A stretch of DNA of 61,788 bases, counting the filler, from Choristocarpus tenellus KU-1152 (lineage: Eukaryota; Protista; Phaeophyceae), in NCBI GenBank assembly GCA_964200185.2. It is 10 parts of 10 records of this genome, joined end to end, with 100 filler letters (N's around TTAATTAATTAA, not from the genome) between each part and the next. Parts side by side here need not be neighbours in the genome. Positions count along the whole stretch, not along the records: positions 1 to 19,137 come from CAXNAD020000491.1; 9 more parts are not named here. One strand, written 5' to 3'. Below are positions 1 to 13,600 of this stretch, one piece after another; the first letter of the stretch is position 1, and every line of letters begins with the position of its first letter. The notes under the pieces were generated by a model, which saw nothing but the letters and a program-made list of their open reading frames with translations, searched no databases and was not told where the DNA came from. Made by a program: the position numbers and the translations under genes.

Positions 1-8
1 CTTGTTTA

Positions 9-230
9 ACCCAAAGTATCGGGGGGGGGGAGGGGTCTTCACCAAAGAGTCCATTTGGACCAACATCAGGAAAAATGCACTTGCATTATCCATCCAATGT
101 ATGGAACCAAATCACCCAAAAATCGCGACATGAAAAAATGATCTCCAAATGGATAACCACACACACCCCCCAGGTACATTGAGCCAGGGTCAAAAACGGA
201 CGCCGGCACCCCCCCAGATACTATGACCCT
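9..230 (+). mobile_element. MITE family B (G-tract/C-tract termini)
   Basis: CCCAAAGTATC-Gn start and Cn-AGATACTATG end. Homologous to 59089-59256 and 61725-61788; a partial start is at 49131-49163. Confidence 0.6.
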
Positions 231-1789
231 TCTTTACGCTACAAATTGGAGAAGTGGATGGTATTGTCATGCACAACCACTACGATTTAATGCCTGGTCT
301 TTCCAGTGATACATTCTTCAGTGTGTGCAAATACTGTCCTGACATACATACGTACATTACACATATAATATGAGTTGAATGACGATAATTTTTTCTTCTA
401 CTACTACTGCTGGTGGTGGTAATACCCATTAGTAGTATGCAGGCATTGTACTTTCGTACATCTTACTTTGTGGACTAGATGTGATGGTTTAAGCCCTACC
501 ACCATTATTTTATTATTTTTATTGCAACTTCCTCGATGGCTTATATAAGTTCAAGGGAATAGCAATACACTGTGTATATTCACCACACCTTTTGGTGTAG
601 CATGTCCTCTGTACCCAACACACTTAATTCCAGAGTTGACAGAAAACTACTCCACCGCTAGAGATCTTCTAGAGGTGAAATTTCGATATCAACAACCATT
701 CGTTCGTTCTGTAGTAGTAGTATTGCAATGCTTACCTACTTCACGAGCACCTTACACCACACACAGCAATAGTCATAATGATAGTACATACAAAGAGGAT
801 CATCTGTAGGACCTTGGCTCTGGCGGTGGTGGTGGTGAGCCAAAGTAATATAAAAAAAGTAGGGAATTTTGCATTTTAAGGATTCCGAGAAATGACCAAA
901 GTATCTTGAACAATAATTTTTGAAAAAGGGCCTTTGCTGAATTGTGATATCATTTTGTGTGTGGAAAGGGGAATATCAATTTTGGATGATCTATTATGCA
1001 AATATAGCGATGAAATCGGGTGTATTGTGCAGGGTAAAAAAAATGCCTTAAAATGCAATTCTTTGGAACCGATAGGTAAACTTGCGCGTTGAACACATAT
1101 TTAGTTAATCTGCGCAACTTCCTTTTCGCCTTTTCTCTGTGAATCGTGTGATTCTTTGACAGCTTGTTAAAGTGTAGAAGGAACCCATCTATTTTCATGA
1201 ACCACTCTTGTCACTTGTTTTTCACTTCAAAGAATGGTTACGGTTATTTTTGACGTACAGCCCAGGGTTAGGGTTAGGATTAGTTTTCAAAAATGTCCAT
1301 GAAAGGGTGAAACGTGGTGGGGCGTTGAGAGGTGGTTCCCCAGTACATACATACTACACTACTGGGGAACCACTTTATTTTAAATATTTCCTTGGTTGGG
1401 TAGGGATATTCTTCACGCACAACTTAGGGGGGTTAGTTTCTTGAAGACAGGGGGGTTCCCCCTTGCACTACAGTGTATTATTGCTACACAATGGTGAAGA
1501 GAATCACTGGTCTACACGGACTGAGATAAACCGTAACCGAGAGGACGAGGTAAGGTTGGACAGACGTGAAGTGAGTGTGGTCTTCAGATGAGGAACCAAT
1601 TTGGTGATTGGTAGATTTGAATATAGTCCACCTTCGAAACCAGGCTCTTGAAGAGACCTTACAGGAATTTGTGGATCTGAAGTTCCTCCACAATGGAACC
1701 AGGGTTCTTGAAAACAAACCTAAACGGTATATGGTAAGCTAATGAACTGTATGATGGCGGAGGACCCTTCTTTCCATCTTCGTATTTTA

Positions 1790-2410
1790 TTTTGCCATCT
1801 GACATTTTGTCATGCGTCAGGGGAGGGGGAACTAAGATCAAAACTACATGAACAGCTGTACTACTATATATATGTCGTTATTAGCCCTACAGGAATAAAA
1901 TATCCTAAGCGTAAGAACACTATAAAAGCCTTCTACTACCATTTTTATTATTATGCCCTCTGACATCGTAGGTACAAGACTAACTAGTTGTTGTCAATGC
2001 TAAACCGCCTCCTGAAAATATGGAATACTATTTTGAAAACTAACAACATAACAACCCCATACCGATCATTCTCTGTGAACCAACGTGTACACTGGTATGA
2101 TAATAGTCTCAGACGACACATACTTGACAGTCTCTTTCTGACACTACCTACCCCTCAGCCCCTCCCCCCCGTAATACTGCATGGGTGGGTAAGTTATCCA
2201 CAAGAAATCCTTTGTTTGCTTACTACCAAGTCGCGCAAAACTTCCAACCTTGAAGAAGGTGCAATGATAAAATCTTTGAGCATCAAAAAACCCCTCGTAT
2301 TGGGTGCGCTTTCGCGGTTTGGCCGCAACAGCAGCTGCATCATCATTATTGCTGGTGGATGGTAAGTGGGTCAAATCATAGGTTGCTCCGGACTTCCGTA
2401 AAAGCAACCT
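1790..2410 (-). mobile_element. 5'-truncated CRE remnant (RLE end plus two 3' tail motifs)
   Basis: HLPSTSNNDDAAAVAAK..KRTQYEGFFD...FKVGSFARLGSKQ is homologous to the 48327-48914 ORF. Tail motif atgccctctgacat at ~1953 and a degraded one at ~1795. Confidence 0.7.
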
Positions 2411-3277
2411 CCTAAGGTAGGCCTTTGTCGCGGTAGAGACCTGAGCCAGTCAGTATCCAATAGTATTTCCACATCATCGTGGAACAACACACAACACATC
2501 CATCCATATCCAAGTTTCTATCCACGGTAAATTGGGTTCTATCCTCCATAGTGTAGGGGATGCTCATACAGTTGACGTAAAATTCCACATCCTTTCATTC
2601 ATCTCGGCATTTAAGTTTTCCTTTTTTGAACAAGTTTCCTCTACAATAATTCATTTGAAATCTGATCAGAATATCGAACCAAAGAATAATAATGTGTTGT
2701 TATTATACATTAGTAGTAGTAGTAATGTACAACAAGAGGAGTAGGCGCGAGGAGTGTTCTACCTCTGGAGTTCATGTTGTGCTTGATTTCCTCTTAATAC
2801 TCATACCGACTTGATTATAAAGAAATCAATTTTTATTGTTATGCTTTGTAATATTTAAGAACTCAATCAAACACAAATAATTAGAAAAAAATAAAATGGT
2901 ATGTTGTTGTGTTGTTCAACTGAACTTTCTTGAGAGGAAAAGTTCGTTATGCTGGAGTCATTTGGGGATGGAAGTGGTTTGACTGATTCCTGAAGGTGGT
3001 GAAATTGAAGTTTAAAATTTGAACCTAATTACGTACCCCCATTGTCAAGTGGTAAGTAGTAGTATCATTGATCAATCATCAACGGTAAACGGCTCTTCCT
3101 CCACCCAAAACTATTACAAATATAAATATATATTTTTCCATTTTTATTAGAACAAGAACGCTCCAATTCCAAGTTTTAAAATCCTACAACTTTTCAAATA
3201 TTTCATCACCAAAATATCTCACCGCCCCAATAATTGTTCTCCGCGGTAATATACACACAACAAAAAAAATAGAAGGC

Positions 3278-3512
3278 GTGTCGATAAGCAAACGGAATGC
3301 TTCCTGGATGAGTTGACTACACACATCATAGGGGGGAGAGAAACTGGAGGGTATAGCAGGAAAGGAGCTGTTAAATCCAGACTACGCCAATTGTCTTAGT
3401 AGGTACAAAAGTGGCACTGTCTAGACGTGTCATGCTTTTTAGGCTGGAGTCACCCAGGAGATGGGCATGGAGGGGTTTATTGGATTCTTTGGATGCCTCC
3501 CTACCTCCTCAC
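3278..3512 (+). mobile_element. CRE RLE 3' fragment
   Basis: Close nucleotide match to 48665-48890 (aaaggagctgttaaatc, gtggcactgtctagacgtgtcatgc, ggattcttt/gggatg). Confidence 0.8.
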
Positions 3513-6500
3513 AACAGCCGATTTCAAAAATTGAGGATGGAGCTTTTCATTGAGGATGGGCTTGACCCAAAATTGACTGGGAAAACAATTCAATCTTTTA
3601 TTTTTGGAAGAAAATTGACCACATCAAAAAATGAGCGATAGTAGTGTAGTGATGTAGTTGTCCCTTGTGTAGTACATTTTTTGTTGTGGTCGATTTTCTT
3701 CCTAAAAATAATATTGAAATGCTTTCTTGAGTAAGATTGCTACTGCATAAGTGATGACCTAAGCAATAAAGCAAAACATACAGTAGAAAGCAGTACAAGT
3801 AGGACGTACGTGAGGGCGGTACTTCTTGTGCAACAAAAGAGAGAGGTTAAGTTAAGAAGGTAGGAATTGTCAATAAAAAATGAAAACAAACAAAAAATGT
3901 TCAGCTCGAATGATGATGTGGGTTCTTCATCTCCAACAGACCACAAAATCAGATCCTAACAGCACAAAAAAAGTCAAAGACATACTGGCATTTATCTGCC
4001 ACACTATGGCTGAGACAAGTCGATGAAAGTTCATCAAGGGCACCAAGGCAGGCCGGCATCGAAAGGCACCCTCTGAGACCAAGACTACGGACGTCAATAC
4101 ACTTGAGAGAGAGAACCTGGGAGAACTTTCCAAAGCGGCTGTACCATCTCTCATATTTTTCTGTGCGCCCCTGGCTGTAGCTGGCACACTGGTTGTTGCT
4201 CCTGCTATGCCTGTAGGGTTGGCCTTTCTTCGCCATCATCCACAGGTGGGAGGTTCCAGCGAAGGCACTATTCCAACATGTATATCAACAAATTAACGGA
4301 TGACCAGGCATATAAATGACCTCTTTCGTTTCAAGGTTGGAGGTTTAGTGTCGACTTCAAGGGGCTCTAGATGTTGATCAGGTTAATTCAGTTACTCGTA
4401 GTAGTTAGTAGTAGTAGTAGTATAATGATACTATACTAAACTAATACTAATACCACTTCCACTATTAAATGCTACTTCGAAGTACAACTTACAGTAACTT
4501 TCAAAACTTAATACTCGCTTGTCGTGCGCGATTCAATACCCTAACTACACGTCCCACTTCGCAATATCTGTTCCATAATTACGATTCTTAGTGTTCTGTT
4601 ATTTCATGTAGCTAGTAGTAGCTACAACATGAACTGTGCATTGTGTGCTAACCTTCTAGCTCTTTGCTGCTTTCTGATGATGCCTTGTCGGCAAATACTT
4701 GGAGAGTACCAAGCAAGTTTTGTTCTATTTTGAAGGAGCAACTCAAAGTAGGTCAGTCGCTTTGCAGGATAGTGTTGATATATATATATATATATATATG
4801 AGACAAGTGTGGTAGTAATAGTAGTTGAGCCAGACTGCCACCATACACAATGAAATGAATTTAACGGGAGGACAACCAACACAAAAATAGATACTACAAC
4901 ACAGTATTAGTGGATGATGTTGTGTGTGAGCATACCAATGTAGTATTGTGTGCATCTTGCGGGGGATTACAATGCACCAAGTACTCAATCGAGTATTGAG
5001 CACATTATCTGTGGCTGCCATTGGGACAATCAACAGTATGATTAGCCATGAGAAACGACAACGAAAAACGCATGTATCATATTTTGATCTTTATGGGCAT
5101 GGTCCACCCACAGATCCATGCTTACCCTTTGGCAGCCAGGTTCAGACCAACCACAAGGTGTTACAACAACACAACTATTCATCACAACATGCAAGCACGG
5201 GGACAACCCTCGCCCTGCTGCAGGCATGGTGATGATCGATAACTTTTCACCTCAAAATGCATACGCCCCTTCGTCCCCCCAAGCAAACACTCCATATTCA
5301 CCTGTCCTCCATGCAGGGGGCACAGGGAACAGACAGAGCAGGTTTGCGTGCACTACATTTATCCCAAATCCAGAAACAAAGATAGCAATTAAAGCAGGAG
5401 TGTAGCACCACAACAGGCACAAGCTGCAGTACACCAGACAGACAGAGCATATGCACCCTCCTTGCCAGTAACAAGTGGGAGTAGCAAATGGTACACAATG
5501 GTGTGGTGCATTTTCTGCTTCTCCCCCCCTTCCCCCCCCCCTCGAAAATACACCCCCTCCAAATGTGCCCACCAACACTTTACGCAGCAACACTCCTTTT
5601 AATAAAGCAAATACCACTGCACAGTGTTTGTGTGAAATGCAGCGAACCAACTTTATCAGACTTCATGATGTCAAATATATGGCTCATCGAATCAAGCAAA
5701 ACGTGAGACCACATAAGATGAGCGGAGCAGAGGGGAACAAGAATAAGGAGCAAGGACGGGAAGATTAATTGCGGTTATGCAATCCCCACAAGTCCTGCCT
5801 CAAACCTCCCTCACGCTCCCCAACCACCCTATACCCCTCCCAACGCTTCTCATGTGTATGAGTACCCATCCCTAACCAACCCCCTGTTCATGACAATGGG
5901 TAAAACTATGCAACAAAACGCACAATTCAAATATCACCCGTGACCCGTGTGTTAACACATATCAATCTCCCATATTATGTGCCAATTGTGTTACTGGACT
6001 CAGGCCTGTTTCACAATACTCCCCAGAAAAATCGATCCAACCAAGCCATCAACAACCACCACCCCACACTCGCATCCCCCTTGCCCTAAATGCCATTTTT
6101 GTCATTGTGAAAGCGGTTACAAACACAAATTGGCTTGACATGACTACCAGACCAAGTACTACTTAACATAGCTACAATTTGGAAGGCATCATATGGGAAG
6201 GAAAGCATGGCGGAGGCAGCCTTCACAAACCTCAACATGAAATAGCACATGTATACATAAATACGTCCCACGTCCCACATTCCGCCCCCCCAGAATTGGT
6301 CAGATGTTCTTGCCAGCAACCAATTGCAATTCACAATGTATCCCTCAAAATGCTTCCTTCCACCTTACCCCTTTCCTTCATTCCCCCGTACGCACTGTCA
6401 CTGCAGGAACCCTCAAACCCCAGCCCTCAACAAGATTAACAGCACAATATGAGTCTTCCCATTAACCACAAACATAACATGAACCCACTGCATTTACCAA

Positions 6501-7685
6501 ATCGAGTTGTCACCCTCTCCACATACCCTCTACCGACGCCCGCCCCATAGGCACACAAACAGTCCATCCTCATAGCAGTTCACACAACTTCCCAGACAGT
6601 CTTGCAGGGCATCCACTTTGATGCATGAAGGCTTCCTAGTCGCCCATGCCCATACCCGTGTACAAATGCACATACGTAGCAACTCCTCTGCACTTCGATC
6701 AATTCCAAGTAACCATCTGCCATTAGTCTCTTGGTCAGTTACTGGCAAAAGAGTATCATTAGAACACAATATCCATCCTGTCCTTCCACTAAAAGCATCA
6801 GCAACTTTTAGAGGACTAATCTCGTACGATCATTACCTCCACAACCAAAACATCCTTCCCTCCCTCCCCCACTCCCTCCATGCTCCACCTATCACAGGAG
6901 AGTCTAGAAAAGACCTGAACTACGTTGCATACCTTTCATACCCACCTCGAGTCAAAATTGCAGCTACACGGTGCACCACATCAACAGGAAAATTTCCGAA
7001 AAGAAAAACCCTGTAAGCACAACTCTACTCCCTCCCAGCACACCCTACGCCACCTACCCCATAGCTTCCTCCAATGAACAAGCCAAGACACGAACATCGC
7101 TGCCCAAATATCACAGCCAGCAAATCACTTCATCTCCACACCTGGATACCCATTCGCTCCCAGGTTCAAGCCTTCGCAACACCATGCAACTGCAAATGTT
7201 TGAAGGGAGGATTACTGACCCTCCCCCCAACCTCACCCTCACCCCGCAAATCTGGCATATTCTCTTCTTAAGACTGATATCAACACAACATCCACTCTTA
7301 CCACTCTGCCACAGGTTCAGGGGATATTCCTATCCTAAGTGAGATACACAACAAACGCTGGTGTTTGTCAGGGTCCACCCTTCGACCCCATACATCAATT
7401 CTTCGTTCGTCCCTCCTTCAACCCCCCCCACCCCCCCCTCCCGCCTCCACACACACACCTAGCCATCGAGCTCACCAGCAAACCTCGTTTTTGGTGGCCT
7501 TTGACTGGCCTCCTTTGACAAGTTGACCACACATGCCTACCAGATTCTGTACAACATACAGCGATACAGGGACATCAGGCCTTGGGAATAGGCTTCCACT
7601 CACAGTCTCCTCCTCCCTGGTATTAATGGGATTGATTATTTTCCCACCATGTAAGAATGACAATACCATCCTACTGTTCCAGTGA

Positions 7686-10600
7686 TCAGCCGCTGGCAGT
7701 TCCTGTGGAGGAAGTAACAGCAACAGCAGGAACTGCAGGTGCTGGGCTGGGAGAACCACCTGGCATGACAAAGACGTGAAGCAACACAGAGAATAGCAGG
7801 AGGGGAGGGGGGGTAGTGGTTAAGGATTCGCACCCAGGACGTTTCAACTTGTGCAATTTAATTAGAGTGAAAATCAGTAAATTATTTTGCCTAGCCTACG
7901 AAAACCTAATGCACCCCTCTCCCACTCCCCTTTCACCACATTAGGAAAACCTAATGCAGTTGTGTACGCAAGCAAGGCACCGTTCCAAGAATATGGTTCA
8001 GACAAAAAATCGTCGGCATTATACTCCTCGAAGTTACCGTTGTACATAGAGTCTACTGCAATCAACCACTCACTTTTACTTCTCCAAGACATGAAAAAAA
8101 TGCGCATTTCATAGCTCAACAATCAACCTCAACAGTATCTCCCAAATGAGAGCCCCATCCCTGCACGAACACGCTTTACACCTAGCATGTTGTAGTACAT
8201 CAAAACATCTCGACAACTCAAATCCGATTCGTGATGTACAGATCAAAGATAGACGTTTAAGTTACACATCTCAGTTATGCACGTTGGGGCAGATCCTCAC
8301 AGAATCAAATCAAAGATTTTGGGAGCTTTACCCTTTCATTCGTGGACCCCAATTACTTGTACTTAATTCATATTTCTGAGAGAGGTATGGGATAAATATT
8401 CCGACAAAATGATGAGATAGACAGACCAGACGTACGAAAAATATTTTTTGTAGACGTTCCGCAGAGGATGAGTCGTATCAACAAATAATAGTACAAGTTT
8501 TTCAGCACAGGAGTAACGGCACCGATACACGCTATGCAACCACTGACCGATATAACCGATACATCACAGACACATAGGGTGTACATGTTTTCTATTCAAG
8601 ATAATTGAGAGTAACCACAACGGGGATTGAACCGGGGCACTTGACACACTACAGACGTTGGGCCACCCATTACACCACAGGGGCTTTCACAACATGCTTA
8701 GTTAGCAATGGGGGTGATATTTTTATACTATCATAGAACAACAAGGTAACCAAGTACTGATTGTGCGTAATTACACCAGTAACAACCTGAGATTTGTACA
8801 CATTTTTGTTCCTACAGAATTACAACACAACATTCATTTTTTTTTTAATTTTTAAATCACAACTAAAGATTTTTATATCAAGATGAGATAGGGATAGATC
8901 ATCAACATACAAAATTATCTTCACTTGACACATAGCAACAAATGATTAATACATACCGACAATATCGCAATCGATATCTCCACAAAACCGCATGTACAAC
9001 CTAACCAACAAGATCACACTAAAAAAATCTAGGATAATTCCTCAACATTGACACTTGCACTCAGTCAGCACTTACAACTTGTGGTAAAATATTCCAGGGT
9101 AGGGTTAGGGTTTGACAGAAACCATTTTGAACTTCTTCACCACTCCTTCAACCTTGACATACAAATCTGTGCACAAAAGAGTTAAATCCTTCTCCGATAA
9201 TTCAACAGCCACAAAAGAGTTAAATCATCATTAGTCCAACTTGTTAAACACCTCCTGCCTCACCGATCGTAAGCTTGGTCTGCAGCGCATGCTCCAGGGT
9301 TTGATGAGCCATCGGTGGCACAGCAGCCGACAACGAGGGACTGGCAGACCTTGGCCTGGATTGACGGATGGGACTGGCAGTCTGACCACCAGACCCCTGA
9401 CGTGCCGTTCCCCCCACACTAGCAGAAGGTGCCTGGGTCCCCCCATGCACAAGGTAGGAGTTGGTTTCCTCAAGGCGATAGCTCACCGATGCATCCTTCG
9501 AAAAACATACAAAACCAAGCGGAGGAGGGGATCGACAGCGCGTTAAGTCTTATTAAACTGACCTGAGAAAAAGAAAGAAAGAGTGACTGATAAAGGCACC
9601 ATTCACTCGCAATGCATCCTCAAGAAAAGAGAATCAATTATATTCAGTCCTCAAGAAAACGTAAGTCTCCGTGCAATGAAACGGATGCTTTGCGGCAGAG
9701 TGCCTTTTCAAGCGTGAGCATTGCAGCCTCAGGCAAGAGGGAGCAAGCATCCTACTCTTGATAAAAACACAACCTAACCTCAATTGTACAGTTATACCTG
9801 GTCGATCGCACACAACCCATATCCCCATACATCTTGGTCACCCGGAGTGGTAAACACTCACCTTGAAGTGTACACACACACACAAACACAGGTGTACATT
9901 CAGCAGATCCCTACGAACCCTTGGTATCCTTCACACAATCTGGAGCGGAATCTCGACAGCCAAAAACCACTAGTGCAAGACTCAAGTATAATATAACCGC
10001 AGCTACAGTGGTTGACACCCTGTATCAAACCACCTCCCTCCCCTAAACAAAAGGTCTCTGAAAAACAAAATAAAACACACATACACACAACACACACAAC
10101 ACACTTGACAACAACAAAAGCAACAAAAATATGAATCAACCACCACAGCATGTAGAAGCAATAGTACAAACTGCAGAGCACTCCTCCTCCTTACCTTTCC
10201 AGGTGCAGTCTCGTCCGGACCTCCTCCTCCCAGTCGGGAGTCTGTGCTAGGCTCACCCTGGACAGTCACCGATGAAGACACTGAATCAGACACTGACGAA
10301 ACCTGCTTTTACAGAGACAAGTCTAGTGCATGAGGCCCTACTTCCTACAAAGGGGGTCTCAGAAGTGCCTGTGACTTTGCCTCAGCAGGGTAACCAGGAA
10401 AACCACTTCACTCTCTGCCACAACAGTGAACCTCATACTGTATATGCCGTCTAAACATTGTACTTGCCTTTTAACGCAACTCACTACTATCGGAGACCCA
10501 CATGGACAAACCGGAGATAAATAAAATGATAAGCAGGAAAGAAAAAAAAAGCATTGGATTGAGCAAAAGATCTATCCTGTCAACATCGTCTCAAAAAAAG

Positions 10601-13600
10601 ACCTCCAAACTTTTTTTTCACATTCCAACAAAAAATAATCAATAAAACAAAAAAAATGTAGCGACGACCTGCCGCAACTTGCAATGCATTTTTTTTTCTT
10701 TATCACAAGACTCGGCAGATCCCCTCCGAAAAACAAGAAATCGAGAAGCAGTAGAACTTTCTTTTTTTTTTTTTCGCAGAATATCCTTCCAACAAAAAGT
10801 TAAATATCGTCAAGGTGAACTGCCCACTGCACACCAAGTCACCGCATGAAAATAGAGGAAACAATTATAAAATAAAAAACAAGTGACATCGAGCTGTGAA
10901 ACCATTATAAAATAAAATATAAAGGTTATACACACACAAAACACTCACGCATACCCAGCTCTCATTTGCACAAGATACAATCGTACCCCTACTGAACCTT
11001 GCGGTACTTGTTGGGAAAAAAATAAAATAGAGAGAGTGGAATGGATAGGACTACAAAAGAAATATATTGAGTTCATGTTCCCCACAGGCATTACAAAAAA
11101 AAGAGTTGACGGAGGGTGAGAGAGTATCCACTTTCGCTTTGCCCTAACCCTAACCCTAAACCTGAAAACTTGGTTGCCATTGTCAAAAGACCTCAATTGT
11201 TAAGGACCCGTCGCCCCAACCCTAACCCTGAAAACTTGGTCACCATTGTTAAAAGACATCTCAACTGCCAAGGCACCCAACCTGAGCCCTGGTATTGGTA
11301 CAGTTAAGGACATACATACAACATGTCCCTATCTATCATTACACTCGCTCCTTACAATCAATCAATCAATCAATCGATTGTTTTTTTTCACAGACAAAAA
11401 AAAAAAATTATGTGCCCGTCACGCTCAGAAAAAAATAGCAACAGAAATATAATAAAATAAAAAGTTCGTGCTTCATTCACTGCATAACACTAGGGGACAG
11501 GAGGAACTAGATTAATAACCAGGCATTCGGTCTTCCTACACAACTAGTAGACAAGTCTCACCACCTGGTGAGGGTGTCTGAGCATGCCATGCTGTTGGGG
11601 TAGGAGCGGCTGCCGGAAAGGTGGATGGAATGCACGGTTGGCTCCCCGAGGAGTAACACTCTGATTGACGGCTGCCGGGGTCATGGCAGGGGCCCCGGGG
11701 TGGTAGCGGTCACGCTCCTTCTCTTTCTTGTGTTGAACCTTCAGTCGCTTGTGCTCAATCTGTGGTTAGGGTTAGGGTGTCATCCCCACACAGGACAAAA
11801 ACACATGGTGTAGCACACAGCATCAACAACCAAGGGCGTGCACATAGAGACACAGGTGCAGGGGTTGAGAAAGGGGTGCATTCGTTGAAAGGGCAGATAG
11901 GGGAGGGGATTTGTGTGATACTGTCATGGAGGGGCAAGGAAAGACAAGCACTTCAAAGAGAGTTGGGTCTCAGTGGAGGGTAGACCCGGAGATACTGCGG
12001 ACAAGGCTAGGCAGTGCTGATCCACGGTGACGTGTGCTTTATGTAATGTGTACAGAATAGAGGGTGCTTTATGCTCTTCTGACTCAAGCAAGGCTTTCAA
12101 TGCAACAACCGTACTATCAGCAACACTTGAACCAGCCGCCCTGACAACACCCCATACATCAACCAATCACGAAGGACAGAGACCTTGCCAGGAACAGGTA
12201 AATGGGAAACAACTACTTTCAAAGAAATTTCCCAACATGTTGTGTATCCCTAATGCCCTCTTCTATCGAAGCATGAATCATCTCAAACACCTACAGTTTA
12301 CTACTGTGCTGTATGTAGCATGTCCCTACAGCCCCCGAGGACAAATTCAAAATTACCACACTTTCTACTGCAGCAGTCCCTTACAATAAAAAGAGCACAT
12401 ACAACGGCGTGCAGGAATTCACAACACCTTGAAACAGTCATTCTTCTACTGCACAGACACTTTTACGTACGTTCACTCCACAAGATGCACAACACAACGC
12501 ACACAATGACACCAAAAACAAACACCTTCAATCAATCTAACAAAGGGCCACATCGACAACTCCACATGACAACCATGATATCTGACACAATGCACACCAA
12601 ACAAACCATAACCCATACCCAGATGCGCTCATCTCCAAACCTTCCCCATAGCCCCCCCTCCAACCAACCTGCAGCAAGAGAGAATGCCATCAAGAGCCAC
12701 AGACAGTCCCAAGAACCACACTACGCTCCCAACAATAAGCCCCACCAAAGCACACTACTCTCAACCCCATCGATGACCTTTGCCCGTCTCATAATCTCCA
12801 TGGTTGACACCAAGTACACACAACACAAAACACAAAACATTTATCTTCACCATGTGCAACACATCAACCACACACCCAACTCTCAAACACCAAACACTAC
12901 AACCCACCTTTGCAATTCCACAAATAACAAAAGCCCAGCTCAAGCCCACTCCCAAAAGTCTGTTAACTTTTTCACACCGAAGGTTGCGATTCGAACTATC
13001 TATTCACCTGGTATCCATTCATCTGAGCAATGGCCTTTTCAGCAGAGTCTCGATTGTCATAGCTCACAAATCCTGTTTCGGAGATTAAACAACGTGAGAG
13101 GGTAGAGCAAAACCACCATGACCAGTAAGTGCCAATGGGGGTGGGAAAAGGGTTAAGGGTAGAAACGTTGAAGCAAGAGTTCAACTTTCCACAGGAGAGC
13201 TACAGTTAGATTTATTAAAAGTCACTGTTGATGGAGAAAGGCTCTCCAAGATGGAAAGAAGAGCAGGCATGTTTTCCAATACATACAAAGAATCTTGTCC
13301 GTAAAGAGGGTTGCATGCAAGTTAGAGGGTGAACATATTCAGGTGAGAGACACAGAGGAGTTCCTCCTATTGTAACCTTCAAAAACACATTACCCTAAAC
13401 CACCAAGGTCTGTACTCAACTCTACAATAAAATCTAAACGAGGGGAGGATAATAATCAAAGCCACTACCCAACTCTTTGAGGTCACTACAACACAGTATA
13501 CTTAAGGCTCCAAGTAAATCACAACATCAGAATATTTCAAGAGGTCAGTCGATGGTGTCTTCTTGACTGGTAGCACTTCCATCATTGAGGGATTGATAAG

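Noticed and set aside
8622-8684. Possible tRNA gene
   Set aside because: A and B boxes are present, but no acceptor or anticodon stems can be formed; kept only as a SINE-like head.
12320-13105. 261-aa His/Thr/Gln-rich ORF on +
   Set aside because: Antisense to a CELF intron and exon. It stays open because the C/A-rich strand is poor in stop codons; no domain features.
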